64,000 nt of DNA from Ignavibacteriota bacterium (GCA_016219595.1 JACRLY010000021.1:6083-70082); one strand, 5' to 3'; shown: positions 44,165 through 55,295, numbered from the stretch's first letter. Program-made: numbers and translations. Notes: a model not told the origin generated them from the sequence alone.

Positions 44165-47100
44165 TTATTTAACTATACCTACCCTTTGTGTTTTTATAAT
44201 TGTTGGTGTTTTTAGGATTACAAAATAGTTGCCTTGAGACAAATGGTATGTATTAAAACCTATTTTCTGCCTTCCTAATTCAGGTACACCATCCAAAAGT
44301 GTCATTACTGTTTCACCAAGAATATTTGTTATTATTAATTGTGTTCTGTCTTTTTCTATAAGTTCAATTTCTATTTCTGCTTCATATGATACAGGATTGG
44401 GATTTATTGAAAATAATTGAACTTTACCATTGATATCAAATAAACGTTTACCACCTTCTTCGCAAATACCCAAAATCTTGAATTTACCCGAATTTGTTTC
44501 GATATCGTAGTCAACGATATTATTTGAAGCATCGTACAAATTGAATTCCAACAAATCAAGAGTAGTCTCAGTGGCAGTTCCTAATGCGGCAACGATAGGA
44601 ATAGAGGCAAGTTCTGTATTGCCACTTATTTCTCCTGTTACTTCTATTATTACTGAATCATTGCTGAATGTTGAAATGGATCTTCTGTCTATGGGAGCCA
44701 ATATACTTCTCTGGAATCGCACTTTGGATTTGAAATTCGTAGCAATTGCCTGAATTCCGTCCATTTTCACTTTACTGAAATACAGCTTCAGTTCACGTGC
44801 TTCACCGGGATTAGCCGAGTCATCGGGAATTGTTACTAATCCACCGATACCTTCGCCAAAGAGAGTGACAATAGCGGGAGAGCCGGTTCCTGCATAATCG
44901 AAACCTATTCCGCCTGATGTTCTTCCACCGTATTTTGGTTTGAACTGAACAGTCAGTGGACGCGAATCCCCGGAATTCAGATTGAACGTACCGCCACCTG
45001 AAATAATATTGAATTGCTCCTTGTCAGGATACATTAATTCGGTATTTGTTATTGCGATAGAACTTGTGCCGATGTTTTTGAGCAACAGGGTATCACTAAA
45101 TGTTTTTTCATTACCTAATTCAACTTTGCCGAAGTCGAGAATATTTGTCATCACCTGCAACTGAGGTAATACACCTTCTCCAATGATTCTTTGTCTTAAT
45201 GTATCTGCCTGTGTAATAATAACAATTGTTGAGGATTTGTTACCCACTGAATTTGGCTTGAATCTGAACTCGACCGATTTAGTATTACCAACATCAACAT
45301 TGAAAGGAGGAAATCCCGAAACCTGGGCAAATTGGTTATAATTGCCGCCTTCAAAATATATTGAATCAATCCTGCAAGGATAGCTTCCTGTGTTCGTTAT
45401 AAAACCTGTAATCACAGAATCCTTCACAGTTCCAACCAGCGCCTGTTTCATATCAATATCAACAGCAGCAGCTTGAGGTGCGACAATAGACCAGAGAGAA
45501 TCGGAGATGTCTTGTTGAGCTATAGATACATTATCCATTGCCCATATTTTGATAGTTGAATCATTACTCCCACTTGCAAGGAACAGCCCATCTGGACTAA
45601 AAGCTACTGTACTAATTCTCCCATTATGTCCAGTCAAGGTTTTTATAATAGTACCAGAATTTATGTCCCATATTTTAATGGTGGAATCAGTGCATCCACT
45701 TGCTAATATCGAGCCATTCGGATTAAATGCTATTGAGGTAGGTGCAAAATTTTTCCCAGTTAAAGTTTTTATTATAGTGCCAGAATTAAAGTCCCATATT
45801 TTAATTGTGGAATCACCGCTACAACTTGCTAACATAGTACCATCGGTACTAAATACTACTGATATTACTATAACTAAATGTCCTAAAAAAGTATTAATTA
45901 AATTTCCAGAATTAATATCCCATATTTTGATTGTATGATCAAAACTTCCACTTACCAACTTTGTACCGTCAGGACTATATGCGATAGATGTTATACCATA
46001 AGAATGACCGGAAAAAGTTTTTTCTACATTACCAGTAAATATATTCCATAATTTAATTGTTCTATCGTCACTACCACTTGCTAAAAATGTACTATTAGGA
46101 CTAAAAGCAATTGAATAAATTCTTTCAGTATGTCCAATTAAAGTTTTAATTTCTGAACCAGAGTCTACGTCCCATAATTTTATAGTTTTATCATAATATT
46201 CGCTGGCACTTGCTAACTTTGTATTATCCGGACTAAAAGCTACACATTTAATATCATCAGTGTGGCCAGAAATAGTTTTTACAGGATTACCAGTAATTAT
46301 ATCCCACAATTTAACTGTATTATCATTACTTCCACTTACTAATTTAGTATCATCAGGGCTAAATGCAACAGAATTAACGGATCCATTATGACCACGCAAA
46401 GTATAAATTAAAGAACCATAAGCAATAGGGTATTCTTTACTTTTTACCTTCATGATACACTGATTACTAATGGGTTTGGGTATATTAATCCATTTGTACT
46501 TTAAATTACTCGCTCCGTTTGTTATATTCTTCCAGTTAATTCCATTATCAATACTGAAATCAATACATAATGTATCACCAGGTAAAACTCCATCCCAAGT
46601 AATAGAAGTATCAGAACCAACAAAAAAGAATTCTCCACCATTTGGGTTTCTTAATATTAATTTATTATTTACAAAAGTATCAAACTTAAAACGGGTTCTT
46701 GAAAAGAATAAATTACCTGAACAAGCATCAGATTCAAATTCTAATCTACAATAATAATGACCTGTTTTACTTGGTGAAAACTGAACTTTTAAATTCCTAC
46801 TTTGATTTTCTTGTAATATGAAAGGCGGAGCCGAACCACCCCAATTAATTATTTGAAAGTCAGGATTTGATATTATTAGATTATTTATTTTAATATCATT
46901 ATTCCTTGCAGTAATTGTTATATTCTTTGTTTGTGAACCAGGGGGTAAAATTTTATCAAAACTAATTGATGGAGAAGGATTGTACTCAATTTTTGCTAGG
47001 TTATTGCTTGATATAAAATATTCAAAATTGGATTGAAGGTTTAATGGTTTTATAAGAGAATTACAAGAGCGATAAGTTGTACAATTTTTATCACTTAACC

Positions 47101-47893
47101 ACTCAATATAACAATTTTCAGAGAATAATATCTCTTGTAATATTTTAAGATATATTGCTTTAATATTTGATTCTGTTGCAACATTTTCAAAATATTTACC
47201 TCCAGTTTGTTCTGATATATCTTTCAAACACTTAGGGGCACACATACTTACAACAATTGAAAAAACAGATATTTGATTTTGCTGACAAAGCTGAATTATT
47301 CTACTTGTTTGTGGTTCAAATTTAGGGTATCCATCTGACAGAAAAATAATAATTCTTTTATTTTTTCCATTCATAGCAACTTGAACTGCTCCATTAGATT
47401 GATTAAGAAATGCTTCGTCGTAATTAGTTCCATTAAGTGATTTAAATGATAAAATTTTATTTAATAATATTTGCTTTTGGTTAGTGAAATCCTGGTTGAA
47501 ATAACTCGCATCGCTGAAACTGGTAATTGCACATTCCGAAATGCCAAGATTCAATGAATTGACCCATATAGTGGCTCCGGTTTGTGCCATCTTTAGTCCT
47601 TCACCTTCCATTGAACTTGAAACATCTATTGTAATAACTGAAGATATTGGTACATCCGGTTTTGGTGCAGGACAGGAGACTCTGGTTACTGTTTTCTGAA
47701 TGCCGTCTTCTGTTAATGTGAAATCTGAGGGACTTAGGTTTGTGATTTGTTTTCCGTCTTTGTCGAATGCAAAAAATTTTGCTTTCATTGTCGGGAAGTT
47801 TGAAGCATCAACGTCAAATACTGATATGGTTTGTCCAGCCAGTGTCAGAGTAATGAATTGAAATAAACAGCAAAGAATAACTAACTTTTTCAT
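44165..47893 (-). CDS. Secreted multidomain protein: vWA, Ig-like domains, seven WD40 repeats, Ig-like domains, T9SS CTD
   Basis: Signal peptide. MIDAS DVSSSMEG. Seven GH...(K/I)(L/I)WD repeats (e.g. GHNGSVNSVAFSPDDTKLVSGSNDNTVKLWDI). C-terminal INPNPVSYEAEIEI...GNYFVILKTPTIIKTQRVGIVK. Confidence 0.85.
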   Translation of the reverse strand: MKKLVILCCLFQFITLTLAGQTISVFDVDASNFPTMKAKFFAFDKDGKQITNLSPSDFTLTEDGIQKTVTRVSCPAPKPDVPISSVITIDVSSSMEGEGLKMAQTGATIWVNSLNLGISECAITSFSDASYFNQDFTNQKQILLNKILSFKSLNGTNYDEAFLNQSNGAVQVAMNGKNKRIIIFLSDGYPKFEPQTSRIIQLCQQNQISVFSIVVSMCAPKCLKDISEQTGGKYFENVATESNIKAIYLKILQEILFSENCYIEWLSDKNCTTYRSCNSLIKPLNLQSNFEYFISSNNLAKIEYNPSPSISFDKILPPGSQTKNITITARNNDIKINNLIISNPDFQIINWGGSAPPFILQENQSRNLKVQFSPSKTGHYYCRLEFESDACSGNLFFSRTRFKFDTFVNNKLILRNPNGGEFFFVGSDTSITWDGVLPGDTLCIDFSIDNGINWKNITNGASNLKYKWINIPKPISNQCIMKVKSKEYPIAYGSLIYTLRGHNGSVNSVAFSPDDTKLVSGSNDNTVKLWDIITGNPVKTISGHTDDIKCVAFSPDNTKLASASEYYDKTIKLWDVDSGSEIKTLIGHTERIYSIAFSPNSTFLASGSDDRTIKLWNIFTGNVEKTFSGHSYGITSIAYSPDGTKLVSGSFDHTIKIWDINSGNLINTFLGHLVIVISVVFSTDGTMLASCSGDSTIKIWDFNSGTIIKTLTGKNFAPTSIAFNPNGSILASGCTDSTIKIWDINSGTIIKTLTGHNGRISTVAFSPDGLFLASGSNDSTIKIWAMDNVSIAQQDISDSLWSIVAPQAAAVDIDMKQALVGTVKDSVITGFITNTGSYPCRIDSIYFEGGNYNQFAQVSGFPPFNVDVGNTKSVEFRFKPNSVGNKSSTIVIITQADTLRQRIIGEGVLPQLQVMTNILDFGKVELGNEKTFSDTLLLKNIGTSSIAITNTELMYPDKEQFNIISGGGTFNLNSGDSRPLTVQFKPKYGGRTSGGIGFDYAGTGSPAIVTLFGEGIGGLVTIPDDSANPGEARELKLYFSKVKMDGIQAIATNFKSKVRFQRSILAPIDRRSISTFSNDSVIIEVTGEISGNTELASIPIVAALGTATETTLDLLEFNLYDASNNIVDYDIETNSGKFKILGICEEGGKRLFDINGKVQLFSINPNPVSYEAEIEIELIEKDRTQLIITNILGETVMTLLDGVPELGRQKIGFNTYHLSQGNYFVILKTPTIIKTQRVGIVK

Positions 47894-47965
47894 TATCGTA
47901 TCCTGTTATAGTTCTACTCAAATATACAAAAAAGCATTGATTATATATTCAATGAAATAATTAAT

Positions 47966-50503
47966 TCACATCTTCACAAATTTATATATCTTGTCTCCTG
48001 ATTTGAGGAAATACACTCCGTCATTTAATCTATTTACATCTAATTTTTTCCAGCTTTCTGCTTCCTGTACTTTTATACCAAGTAAATTGTATACTTCAAT
48101 TTTCTTATTTGGATTGATTGTCCCGTAAATCAACTCAGTGTCTTCTGTCATGACTTCAATAGGTATATCGCAATTGGATTTCCCGGTAAATGAAATTGAT
48201 TTTCCAGTTCCATGCAGTATCAACATCTGATTCATACACGAGTCAGTCATATTGAGTGTGTCGGATTGTTCTCCTGATTTTTCTGGTGCAAAACAAATTA
48301 AAAGTTCCTTCGATTCTCCCGGTGCAAAATTCATAGCAAACTGGTTTTGTGGAATTGAAAATACAGTATTATGTTTTAGAAATACATTTTCAAGAATATA
48401 AGGCTCACTGCCATTATTAGTAAGTACCACAGCCAAACAATTTATGCTGAAAACAAATACATCCCCGAATTCTAATTTCCCGCTGTCCGAGGGTGGCTTC
48501 GAAGATAAAACAAGATTGTTATCCTTGAATGTTATTTCAATAGTATCGGAATGGCCAATACATCCCGAAGCAGTGTGACCCTCGACCCAGTACTTGCCGC
48601 TTTGTGTTACTTCAAGGTAATTGACCCAATTTAAAACTTTCATGGTAGGGCAATGCCACCAATAATATGAAAAACCGGATTCGGTATATAAGCGGACAGT
48701 GTCGCCTTCGCAAGGATTCCCGTTATATGTAATTCTTATATTTGTATCGAATGCTGCTACATTAACAGTATCATGCTGAATACATCCTTCTGCCGATACA
48801 GCTTCAACGCTGTATTGACCAGTAGAATAGACTTTAATAAATTCAGTAGTTTCTCCCGTATTCCATTTATAACTGACAAACCCCGGTCCTGCAGATAGAA
48901 AAATACTGTCCCCTTCGCATATAGTTCTGTCTTTTCCGATTGATAAAACGTTGGGTGAAACAAATGATACATTAATTGTATCACGCACTTCGCAGTTGCC
49001 GAGCCGCGCAATTACCCAATAGCTGCCGGATTCACGAACTATGATAGACCTTTCAGTAGAGCCGTTACTCCAGCGGTATGGTTCTTTGCCGTAACCGGCG
49101 TCGAGCTCTGCAGAATCACCGGGACAGATGGAAACATCCTGGCCCAGATTGAGACTATTGTAATCCGAGAAAAAGCCATAAGAACATCCTGTGTGAGTAT
49201 CACCTTCAAGCACACCAAGATGGAAAAAGTTTATACTGTTTGAAAATATACATGTTTGGTCAACGGGAATTGTTGTAGTATTGAATGATAACCTTGCATA
49301 AAGCCACTGGTTGCTTGTGCCGGGAATTGCAGAAAAATCGGATGCTTTAATAATGTTCGGATTTCCATTTAAGGTAAAACCGCTTATTGCATCGGATGTA
49401 GTGAAAATCATCATCGAAAGCTGCTGCTTTGTCGTACGTGTGAATGCTACCTGGCGTGAGCCGGTACATTTTGTATGAGGCAGCAAAGCTGAACCAAGCT
49501 CACATCCAATACCGGATGTTTGATAAACATAGATTGGCTTATCGCTTTCTATATGACAGGAATTATCATCAATTGAGTATCCTGTTAAAAAGCCTTTATT
49601 CGTAGTATTAATTGAATAATTAGAATTCCACACTTTAATATTTGTGTTGTCTTCAGTTGCAGTAATCCAAACAGTTTCTTTTTCTCCGGAACCTAAAAAT
49701 CCTTTGACTGCATTGTATTCAGTACCGATTATATTTAAAGGTACAATTTGGTCTCCAATTAAATCGGCACAACCTGTCCATCCATTAAGCATATCGTCTT
49801 TAATTGTAATTGCAATTGGCTTGTCTGATGTTACTTCAGTGCCAATCAGATGACGAATAGGGTCATTACCTATTCCTGCTCCCGAATAGGTTTGTCCTTT
49901 ATTTAATATTAAACTGTATGGAATTCTTCTGCTGTGGCCAACAATATTTTGTTCAGGAATAATTGTAACTGATGTACTGTCGCTTGTAGCAACAATTTCC
50001 ATCGAAGAATAAGGCTTTGGAGTATAGTTGTTATCAATATTGTAAGTACCTTGCCCGGGTATTATGAAATGAGTGCCAAGTGCATTTTTTCCTTTTAGTG
50101 CGAATAACTCGGGATTGAAATTAGTTTCGAGAGATGCAACTTCATAGTATGCCTGAATCGGTTTTGTTGCTTTTATGTATAAACCGTAATTCAATACCCG
50201 GTCAGGTGGTTTATTTTCGATTATATCAATAAACGGAGTCAGGTCAACTGTCTGAGAGCTGTTTGCGGCGATATTCACCGTAATAGGTGTAAACGAAGGA
50301 TTAGCCGGCTGCGAAACAGTAACTAAGGATGGATGGTCGAACGATGACATTCGCAAGAAAATAGGTCTGTCCAAATCCTCCGAACTGTTACGCGACACTT
50401 CAGGTGCCACAAACCAGAACTCGGTGTCTGTCTGACAATAGGCAGTTACAGAAAGAACAAACAAGAGAAATAAATTAACATACAAAAAACGAATATGCTT
50501 CAT
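47966..50503 (-). CDS. Secreted T9SS cargo with IgGFc-binding-like N-terminal domain and Cys-containing Ig-like repeats
   Basis: TDTEFWFVAPE after the signal peptide. Repeats CPGDSAELDAGYG..YRWSNG and CEGDSIFLSAGPGFVSYKWNTG. CTD ends GVYFLKSGDKIYKFVKM. The ATG at 50503 is preferred; a GTG at 50512 is an alternative. Confidence 0.75.
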   Translation of the reverse strand: MKHIRFLYVNLFLLFVLSVTAYCQTDTEFWFVAPEVSRNSSEDLDRPIFLRMSSFDHPSLVTVSQPANPSFTPITVNIAANSSQTVDLTPFIDIIENKPPDRVLNYGLYIKATKPIQAYYEVASLETNFNPELFALKGKNALGTHFIIPGQGTYNIDNNYTPKPYSSMEIVATSDSTSVTIIPEQNIVGHSRRIPYSLILNKGQTYSGAGIGNDPIRHLIGTEVTSDKPIAITIKDDMLNGWTGCADLIGDQIVPLNIIGTEYNAVKGFLGSGEKETVWITATEDNTNIKVWNSNYSINTTNKGFLTGYSIDDNSCHIESDKPIYVYQTSGIGCELGSALLPHTKCTGSRQVAFTRTTKQQLSMMIFTTSDAISGFTLNGNPNIIKASDFSAIPGTSNQWLYARLSFNTTTIPVDQTCIFSNSINFFHLGVLEGDTHTGCSYGFFSDYNSLNLGQDVSICPGDSAELDAGYGKEPYRWSNGSTERSIIVRESGSYWVIARLGNCEVRDTINVSFVSPNVLSIGKDRTICEGDSIFLSAGPGFVSYKWNTGETTEFIKVYSTGQYSVEAVSAEGCIQHDTVNVAAFDTNIRITYNGNPCEGDTVRLYTESGFSYYWWHCPTMKVLNWVNYLEVTQSGKYWVEGHTASGCIGHSDTIEITFKDNNLVLSSKPPSDSGKLEFGDVFVFSINCLAVVLTNNGSEPYILENVFLKHNTVFSIPQNQFAMNFAPGESKELLICFAPEKSGEQSDTLNMTDSCMNQMLILHGTGKSISFTGKSNCDIPIEVMTEDTELIYGTINPNKKIEVYNLLGIKVQEAESWKKLDVNRLNDGVYFLKSGDKIYKFVKM

Positions 50504-50526
50504 ATCTTTCACAATCTAAATTATTA

Positions 50527-51792
50527 TCAAATTTTAACAAACTTATATATTTTATTATTCACTAACAAGAAATACACTCCGGCACTCAATCCGCTTACAT
50601 TAATTTTGTTTTTGTATTCGGTTTCGATTACTTTTATGCCGAGAGCAGAAAAGATTTCGATTTTATTAATTTCTTGGTCTGTATTTAATGTTAAATAATT
50701 GGAGACTGGGTTGGGAGAAATTAACACTTTATTTTTTTGAATTTGTTCATCAACTGAAGTCGCTTTAGAATCAAATACGAAAACGCCATAAGTAGCTTCT
50801 GCAAACCATAATTTTCGGTTTTCATCTATAGTAAAATCGAGAATTTTAAAAATATCTTTATATACACCATCAAAATTTGGGAATTCATATTTTGTCCAAT
50901 TTTTGTTATTGTCTAATCTATAAAAATGACGGGAAGCACCAACTCCTGCTGTATCTTTTGAAATTATCCATAGATTGCCTTCTAAATCGGCTTTAACATT
51001 TGCGAAAACTTCGTTTTGAGCCAATAAACTATCCGTTACAGAAAATAAGGCATAATAAACAACTCCAGTATAATCCTTATAAATCCCAATTTTTCTTTTC
51101 AATAGAATAGCAATTGAATTATCTGACTGTATTTGAATAGATTGTATTGATTCATTTTCTAAGTCTGAAATATCATTCTTATCGAAAATCTTCACGGTAG
51201 TACCATCAAACTTTACCATTTTGCTATATGCCGAATACCATAAATTATTCTTTCCGTCGCAAAACATAACTGCATCGTTGTTAAACGGCAAAGGCGTTGA
51301 TTGCGGAATATTATATCTGACTATTGAATCACCAGTAATGTCATATTTATTAATTCCTAAGGTAAGATTTAAAAACCAGATATTGCCAAACTGGTCGCCA
51401 GCTATACCTCTAATTTTATCATCATACATTTTCGGATAATTCGTAAGATCTAAGCGTTTTACAGAATCAAGCTCAATGCTAATTAATCCTTGGTTAGTTC
51501 CAGCCCAAACTCTTCCCTTAGAAACGACAACTTTTCGGATATTATAAGGATTATTGGCATCGTTTTGATTTTGTTTGTTATTATAAATTGATGCCCATTT
51601 AGAACCATCAAATTTAGCTAATCCGCAATCCATTCCAAGATATACATTACCATTAAAATCAGATTTTATGCAGAACGGCAATCCTTTTATTGGTAAATCA
51701 TTATTTTTAAACCAAGTCCAACCTGATTGAGAAAAAGTATCAGCTATTATTACAAACATCAAAACAACAAAAATGTAAAGAAAGTTTTTCAT
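50527..51792 (-). CDS. Secreted single beta-propeller protein (Reg_prop-like repeats) with T9SS CTD
   Basis: Repeats of the type VWAGTNQGLISIE and NLWYSAYSKMVKFDG. CTD ISPNPVSNYLTL...EIFSALGIKVIETEYKNKINVSGLSAGVYFLLVNNKIYKFVKI. SD GAGGTG. Confidence 0.75.
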   Translation of the reverse strand: MKNFLYIFVVLMFVIIADTFSQSGWTWFKNNDLPIKGLPFCIKSDFNGNVYLGMDCGLAKFDGSKWASIYNNKQNQNDANNPYNIRKVVVSKGRVWAGTNQGLISIELDSVKRLDLTNYPKMYDDKIRGIAGDQFGNIWFLNLTLGINKYDITGDSIVRYNIPQSTPLPFNNDAVMFCDGKNNLWYSAYSKMVKFDGTTVKIFDKNDISDLENESIQSIQIQSDNSIAILLKRKIGIYKDYTGVVYYALFSVTDSLLAQNEVFANVKADLEGNLWIISKDTAGVGASRHFYRLDNNKNWTKYEFPNFDGVYKDIFKILDFTIDENRKLWFAEATYGVFVFDSKATSVDEQIQKNKVLISPNPVSNYLTLNTDQEINKIEIFSALGIKVIETEYKNKINVSGLSAGVYFLLVNNKIYKFVKI

Positions 51793-51807
51793 TTAACACC
51801 TCATATA

Positions 51808-53109
51808 TTAAAATTTAACAAACTTATAAATCTTATCTCCTACTTTTACAAAATACACTCCGGCACTTAGCCCACTGACATCAATTCTGTCTTTGTAATC
51901 AGTTTCGATTACTTTTATCCCGAGAGCAGAGAAGATTTCGATATCGCCAATTTCTTGATATGAATCCAATGTTAAATAATTTTTTACCGGATTTTGAAAC
52001 ACTAATTGAGTTACGTTTGATTCATTTTCTACGACTGAAGTAGGATATTGATTAAAAAGTAACACACCTTCGACATTTGTGCCAACCCATAATTTATTAT
52101 CATCATCTATAGCAATTGCAGAGGGAGCGTATATATTGGGGTCAGATGAGTCGGTTGTACCAATCGGGGGTAAATCAATACTACTCCATAGATTATTGAT
52201 ATTTATATTTTTATCAAGGACCAAAATTTTCGGTTTTTCTTTTTGATATACTCCAGCTACACCTACTAATAAATTACCAATTTTATCTTCAAATATGGTA
52301 AAAATATATTTTTTTCCGGGTTCATATTCAGGCAATCCGGTTATATTTTCATGACTATATTCATACCATATCCCGTTCCTAAATATCAAAACATTTTCTT
52401 TACTTGTTATAATAACTATAGAATTATCTTTCGTTATATAAAATTTTCTAATTACTTCGCCTGTTGGGTCTAAAGGAACAAAATTTGAATCGGAAACAAT
52501 CCATTGAACTCCGTCATAATGAACTAATAATTTTCCTGAACTGTACCAAATATTGCCCTGTTTATCTGCTTGTATGAAACTTCCTTGAATATATGGTAAG
52601 GGTATGTTTAAAGCAAGCAGGTCAAATACCTGAATCGTTGTGTCTTCCATTTTGTAAATGTATTTGCCCATATCGGTACACCAAATTGAATTATTACTAT
52701 TGAATGTGATACCTGTAAAACTGTTGGTTTTTAATCCGCTGTTAGCATTAGTATAAATGGTGAATTGACTTCCATCATATTTAAGCAATCCGTAATTAGT
52801 AGCACACCATATATTATCATCTTTATCAATACACATGTCCATAATATTCCATGTAATTTTATTAGTCAGACCTGTATTATTCCAATTGAACCATCCAATA
52901 ACATCATCTTTTATTGTAGCTAATCCGTATGCAGTAGCAACATAAACCTGATTTTTTGTAGTAATAATTTTTCTTATATTAAAAAGAGTATCATTCATTT
53001 GCAAATCGCCGTAAGTTGATTTGTATAATTTCCAATCCGATTGTGATTGGAGCTCGTTTATTAAGAATACAATGCAGAAAAAGACAGTAATAAGTTTAAA
53101 TAAATTCAT
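51808..53109 (-). CDS. Secreted single beta-propeller protein (Reg_prop-like) with T9SS CTD; paralog of 50527-51792
   Basis: IWCATNYGLLKYDGSQFTIY and similar repeats. CTD EIFSALGIKVIETDYKDRIDVSGLSAGVYFVKVGDKIYKFVKF. Confidence 0.75.
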   Translation of the reverse strand: MNLFKLITVFFCIVFLINELQSQSDWKLYKSTYGDLQMNDTLFNIRKIITTKNQVYVATAYGLATIKDDVIGWFNWNNTGLTNKITWNIMDMCIDKDDNIWCATNYGLLKYDGSQFTIYTNANSGLKTNSFTGITFNSNNSIWCTDMGKYIYKMEDTTIQVFDLLALNIPLPYIQGSFIQADKQGNIWYSSGKLLVHYDGVQWIVSDSNFVPLDPTGEVIRKFYITKDNSIVIITSKENVLIFRNGIWYEYSHENITGLPEYEPGKKYIFTIFEDKIGNLLVGVAGVYQKEKPKILVLDKNININNLWSSIDLPPIGTTDSSDPNIYAPSAIAIDDDNKLWVGTNVEGVLLFNQYPTSVVENESNVTQLVFQNPVKNYLTLDSYQEIGDIEIFSALGIKVIETDYKDRIDVSGLSAGVYFVKVGDKIYKFVKF

Positions 53110-53129
53110 AATTAATGCCCTATTAAATA

Positions 53130-53162
53130 TTGGAGATTAAATATATTTTAAATAATCTCCAA
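53130..53162 (-). terminator. Hairpin (possible terminator) after 53191-55218
   Basis: TTGGAGATTA (53130-53139) pairs perfectly with TAATCTCCAA (53153-53162). The downstream tract on the minus strand is only weakly U-rich. Confidence 0.4.
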
Positions 53163-53190
53163 AATTCATATTTGTTTCATAATTATTTTC

Positions 53191-55218
53191 TCACATCTTC
53201 ACAAATTTATATATCTTGTCTCCTGCTTTCAGAAAATACACTCCTGCACTCAGCCGACTGACATCAATTCTGTCTTTGTATTCGGTTTCGATAACTATTA
53301 TTCCCTCAATTGTAAAGATTTGAATTATTTTATCTTTGATATCTTTATCAGCAAAAATATAAATTATTGATTCAGCAGGATTGGGAGATAATTGAACTTT
53401 TTCCGGGTATAATTCTTCTATGACTGCAGATTCATCTGTAGTGTACAGGTAACGATAAGCAGTATATGATGACAAATAACCGTCGGCTTCGGCAATGACC
53501 CACCATAAATATGTAACATTAGCCAGCAGAGTATCTATCGTTTTAGAAGTGTCTGTCAGATTCTTAAATTGAAAATCAAAATCACCGCTTCCAATATTTA
53601 TTGGTTGTACGACAATTAAGGTATATCTCTGGGCATCCTTTACAGATGTCCATTTAAATGTAATGTGATTAGGAGATAAATATTTTGTGTCTGCAGGTAC
53701 GATTAAAAAAAGGGAATCCAATTGCAATTTTGTTGTAGTGTCTTTTTGAGTCCTAATCATTGCGGGCTTAGACCAATCGCTTTGTTCGCTTCCGTAAATT
53801 GCCTTTACACGCATATAATAATCTTTTTCATATTTCAACTTTCCTGTAAGTTCAATCAGTGTATCAGTGGAATTATTATTTTCATAAATTATATTTTGTT
53901 CAAAGCCAGGTGGAAAATATTCCGGAAATGCATTTTGTTCAAATTCTGCAAGCTGGAATATATACTTATCTGCTTTAGAGACATTATCCCAATACACATT
54001 ATTCCAATGTGCCGTGTACTTCAATAATTCTGCGCTTTCTTTTGTATAATATAATGATGGCGGAGCAAGCACTTTTCTTCCGGTGAACAGGCAGATTTCT
54101 TCAATTCCATTTACAACAGCCCTGTTACTGTCGAAAAAAACAGCTTTATTCAGAACACTTAAAAAATAGTCGAATGGTAAAGTTTGAATTTCCCAGTTAA
54201 TACCACCGTCAGATGTTTTAAGGATATTACTATATGTAAGAGCAATGCCGTTCAATTCGTCATAAAAAGAAATGCCGTTTAGACCAAATTCAAGCGGTAC
54301 TTTGGTTGACATTATTTTTTCCCAGCTTGTTCCCGCATCTGTGGTTTTATATATGACATTCCATTTTGTCTGACCTTGACCTGTTGAAGGACCAATACAT
54401 GATATAAACCAAATATTTTCATTCAAGAAGCAAATGTCGGAAAAAGAAACATTAGTTTCATACGGTTGGGTTTTATTAACCCATGTTGCTCCTCCGTCTT
54501 CAGTTGTTACAATAGCAGACCTGCCGATTACTGCAAACTTTTTATCGGAAAAGGCTTTTATACTATAGTAATAATTGGACTGACCTAATAAATCACCTGT
54601 ATTGATTTCTGCCCAGTTTAATCCCCCGTTTATCGTATTGTATAGCCCTGCGTTGAGAGGATTGTCAGTGGAAGGTATTCTCCCCGTAAGCATGATACCA
54701 TTGTTATCATCGTACATAGAAATAAAATTATTGTAAAAATTAAGTGTGTCATTGGAGATTGTAATCCTATCCCAATTATTACCGAAATCGGTTGAACGCA
54801 GGATGAATGGATGGTGTTCATACTGTGTCTCATTATTCATTCGTTCTATACCTAAAAGTAGAATTAGGTTTCTTGAAGGCATTTCCACTGATTGATACCA
54901 TCTTGCATGCCAATCTCCCGGGAGCGGCATATAATTAGAATCAAGATTTGTTATTTTGTCTCTAATTGCCGTAATCCAGGTTTCACCGGCATCACTCGAC
55001 AATAAAACCAAGTCAAGAGAATCAATTGAGATAGCCGGTGGGCCTAATGAATTGCTAACAGCAGCAATGTATTTTTTTTCGGCAACTTTAAGATTATCAA
55101 AAGCTTCACTTCCTGTGAAAGCGCCATTAGCAACAGTCTTCCACTCGTTTACCATTTGAGCTTGCAATAAAATAAAAGGGGACAGTATGAGTGTGAGAAC
55201 AAGTAATAATATTTTCAT
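53191..55218 (-). CDS. Secreted BNR/Asp-box propeller protein (Ycf48-like) with Fn3-like domains and T9SS CTD
   Basis: Asp-boxes SSDAGETW, STDFGNNW, INGGLNW, TEDGGATW, TTDAGTSW, TSDGGINW. CTD ...IETEYKDRIDVSRLSAGVYFLKAGDKIYKFVKM. Confidence 0.8.
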   Translation of the reverse strand: MKILLLVLTLILSPFILLQAQMVNEWKTVANGAFTGSEAFDNLKVAEKKYIAAVSNSLGPPAISIDSLDLVLLSSDAGETWITAIRDKITNLDSNYMPLPGDWHARWYQSVEMPSRNLILLLGIERMNNETQYEHHPFILRSTDFGNNWDRITISNDTLNFYNNFISMYDDNNGIMLTGRIPSTDNPLNAGLYNTINGGLNWAEINTGDLLGQSNYYYSIKAFSDKKFAVIGRSAIVTTEDGGATWVNKTQPYETNVSFSDICFLNENIWFISCIGPSTGQGQTKWNVIYKTTDAGTSWEKIMSTKVPLEFGLNGISFYDELNGIALTYSNILKTSDGGINWEIQTLPFDYFLSVLNKAVFFDSNRAVVNGIEEICLFTGRKVLAPPSLYYTKESAELLKYTAHWNNVYWDNVSKADKYIFQLAEFEQNAFPEYFPPGFEQNIIYENNNSTDTLIELTGKLKYEKDYYMRVKAIYGSEQSDWSKPAMIRTQKDTTTKLQLDSLFLIVPADTKYLSPNHITFKWTSVKDAQRYTLIVVQPINIGSGDFDFQFKNLTDTSKTIDTLLANVTYLWWVIAEADGYLSSYTAYRYLYTTDESAVIEELYPEKVQLSPNPAESIIYIFADKDIKDKIIQIFTIEGIIVIETEYKDRIDVSRLSAGVYFLKAGDKIYKFVKM

Positions 55219-55295
55219 AAATAACCATCAAAATTTTTAGATTAACATATAATTTAAATAATCCAAAATATTCAAATTTGTTTCATTAATTATTT

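Noticed and set aside
45549-45938. Periodic 129-aa plus-strand ORF that could look like a novel repeat protein
   Set aside because: The periodicity mirrors the WD40 repeats encoded on the opposite strand, so it is an antisense artefact.
41250-46400. Periodic nucleotide repeats screened as possible CRISPR or tandem-repeat arrays
   Set aside because: The periodicity is explained by protein repeats (G-N-D-x-Y units and WD40 blades). There is no repeat-spacer structure.
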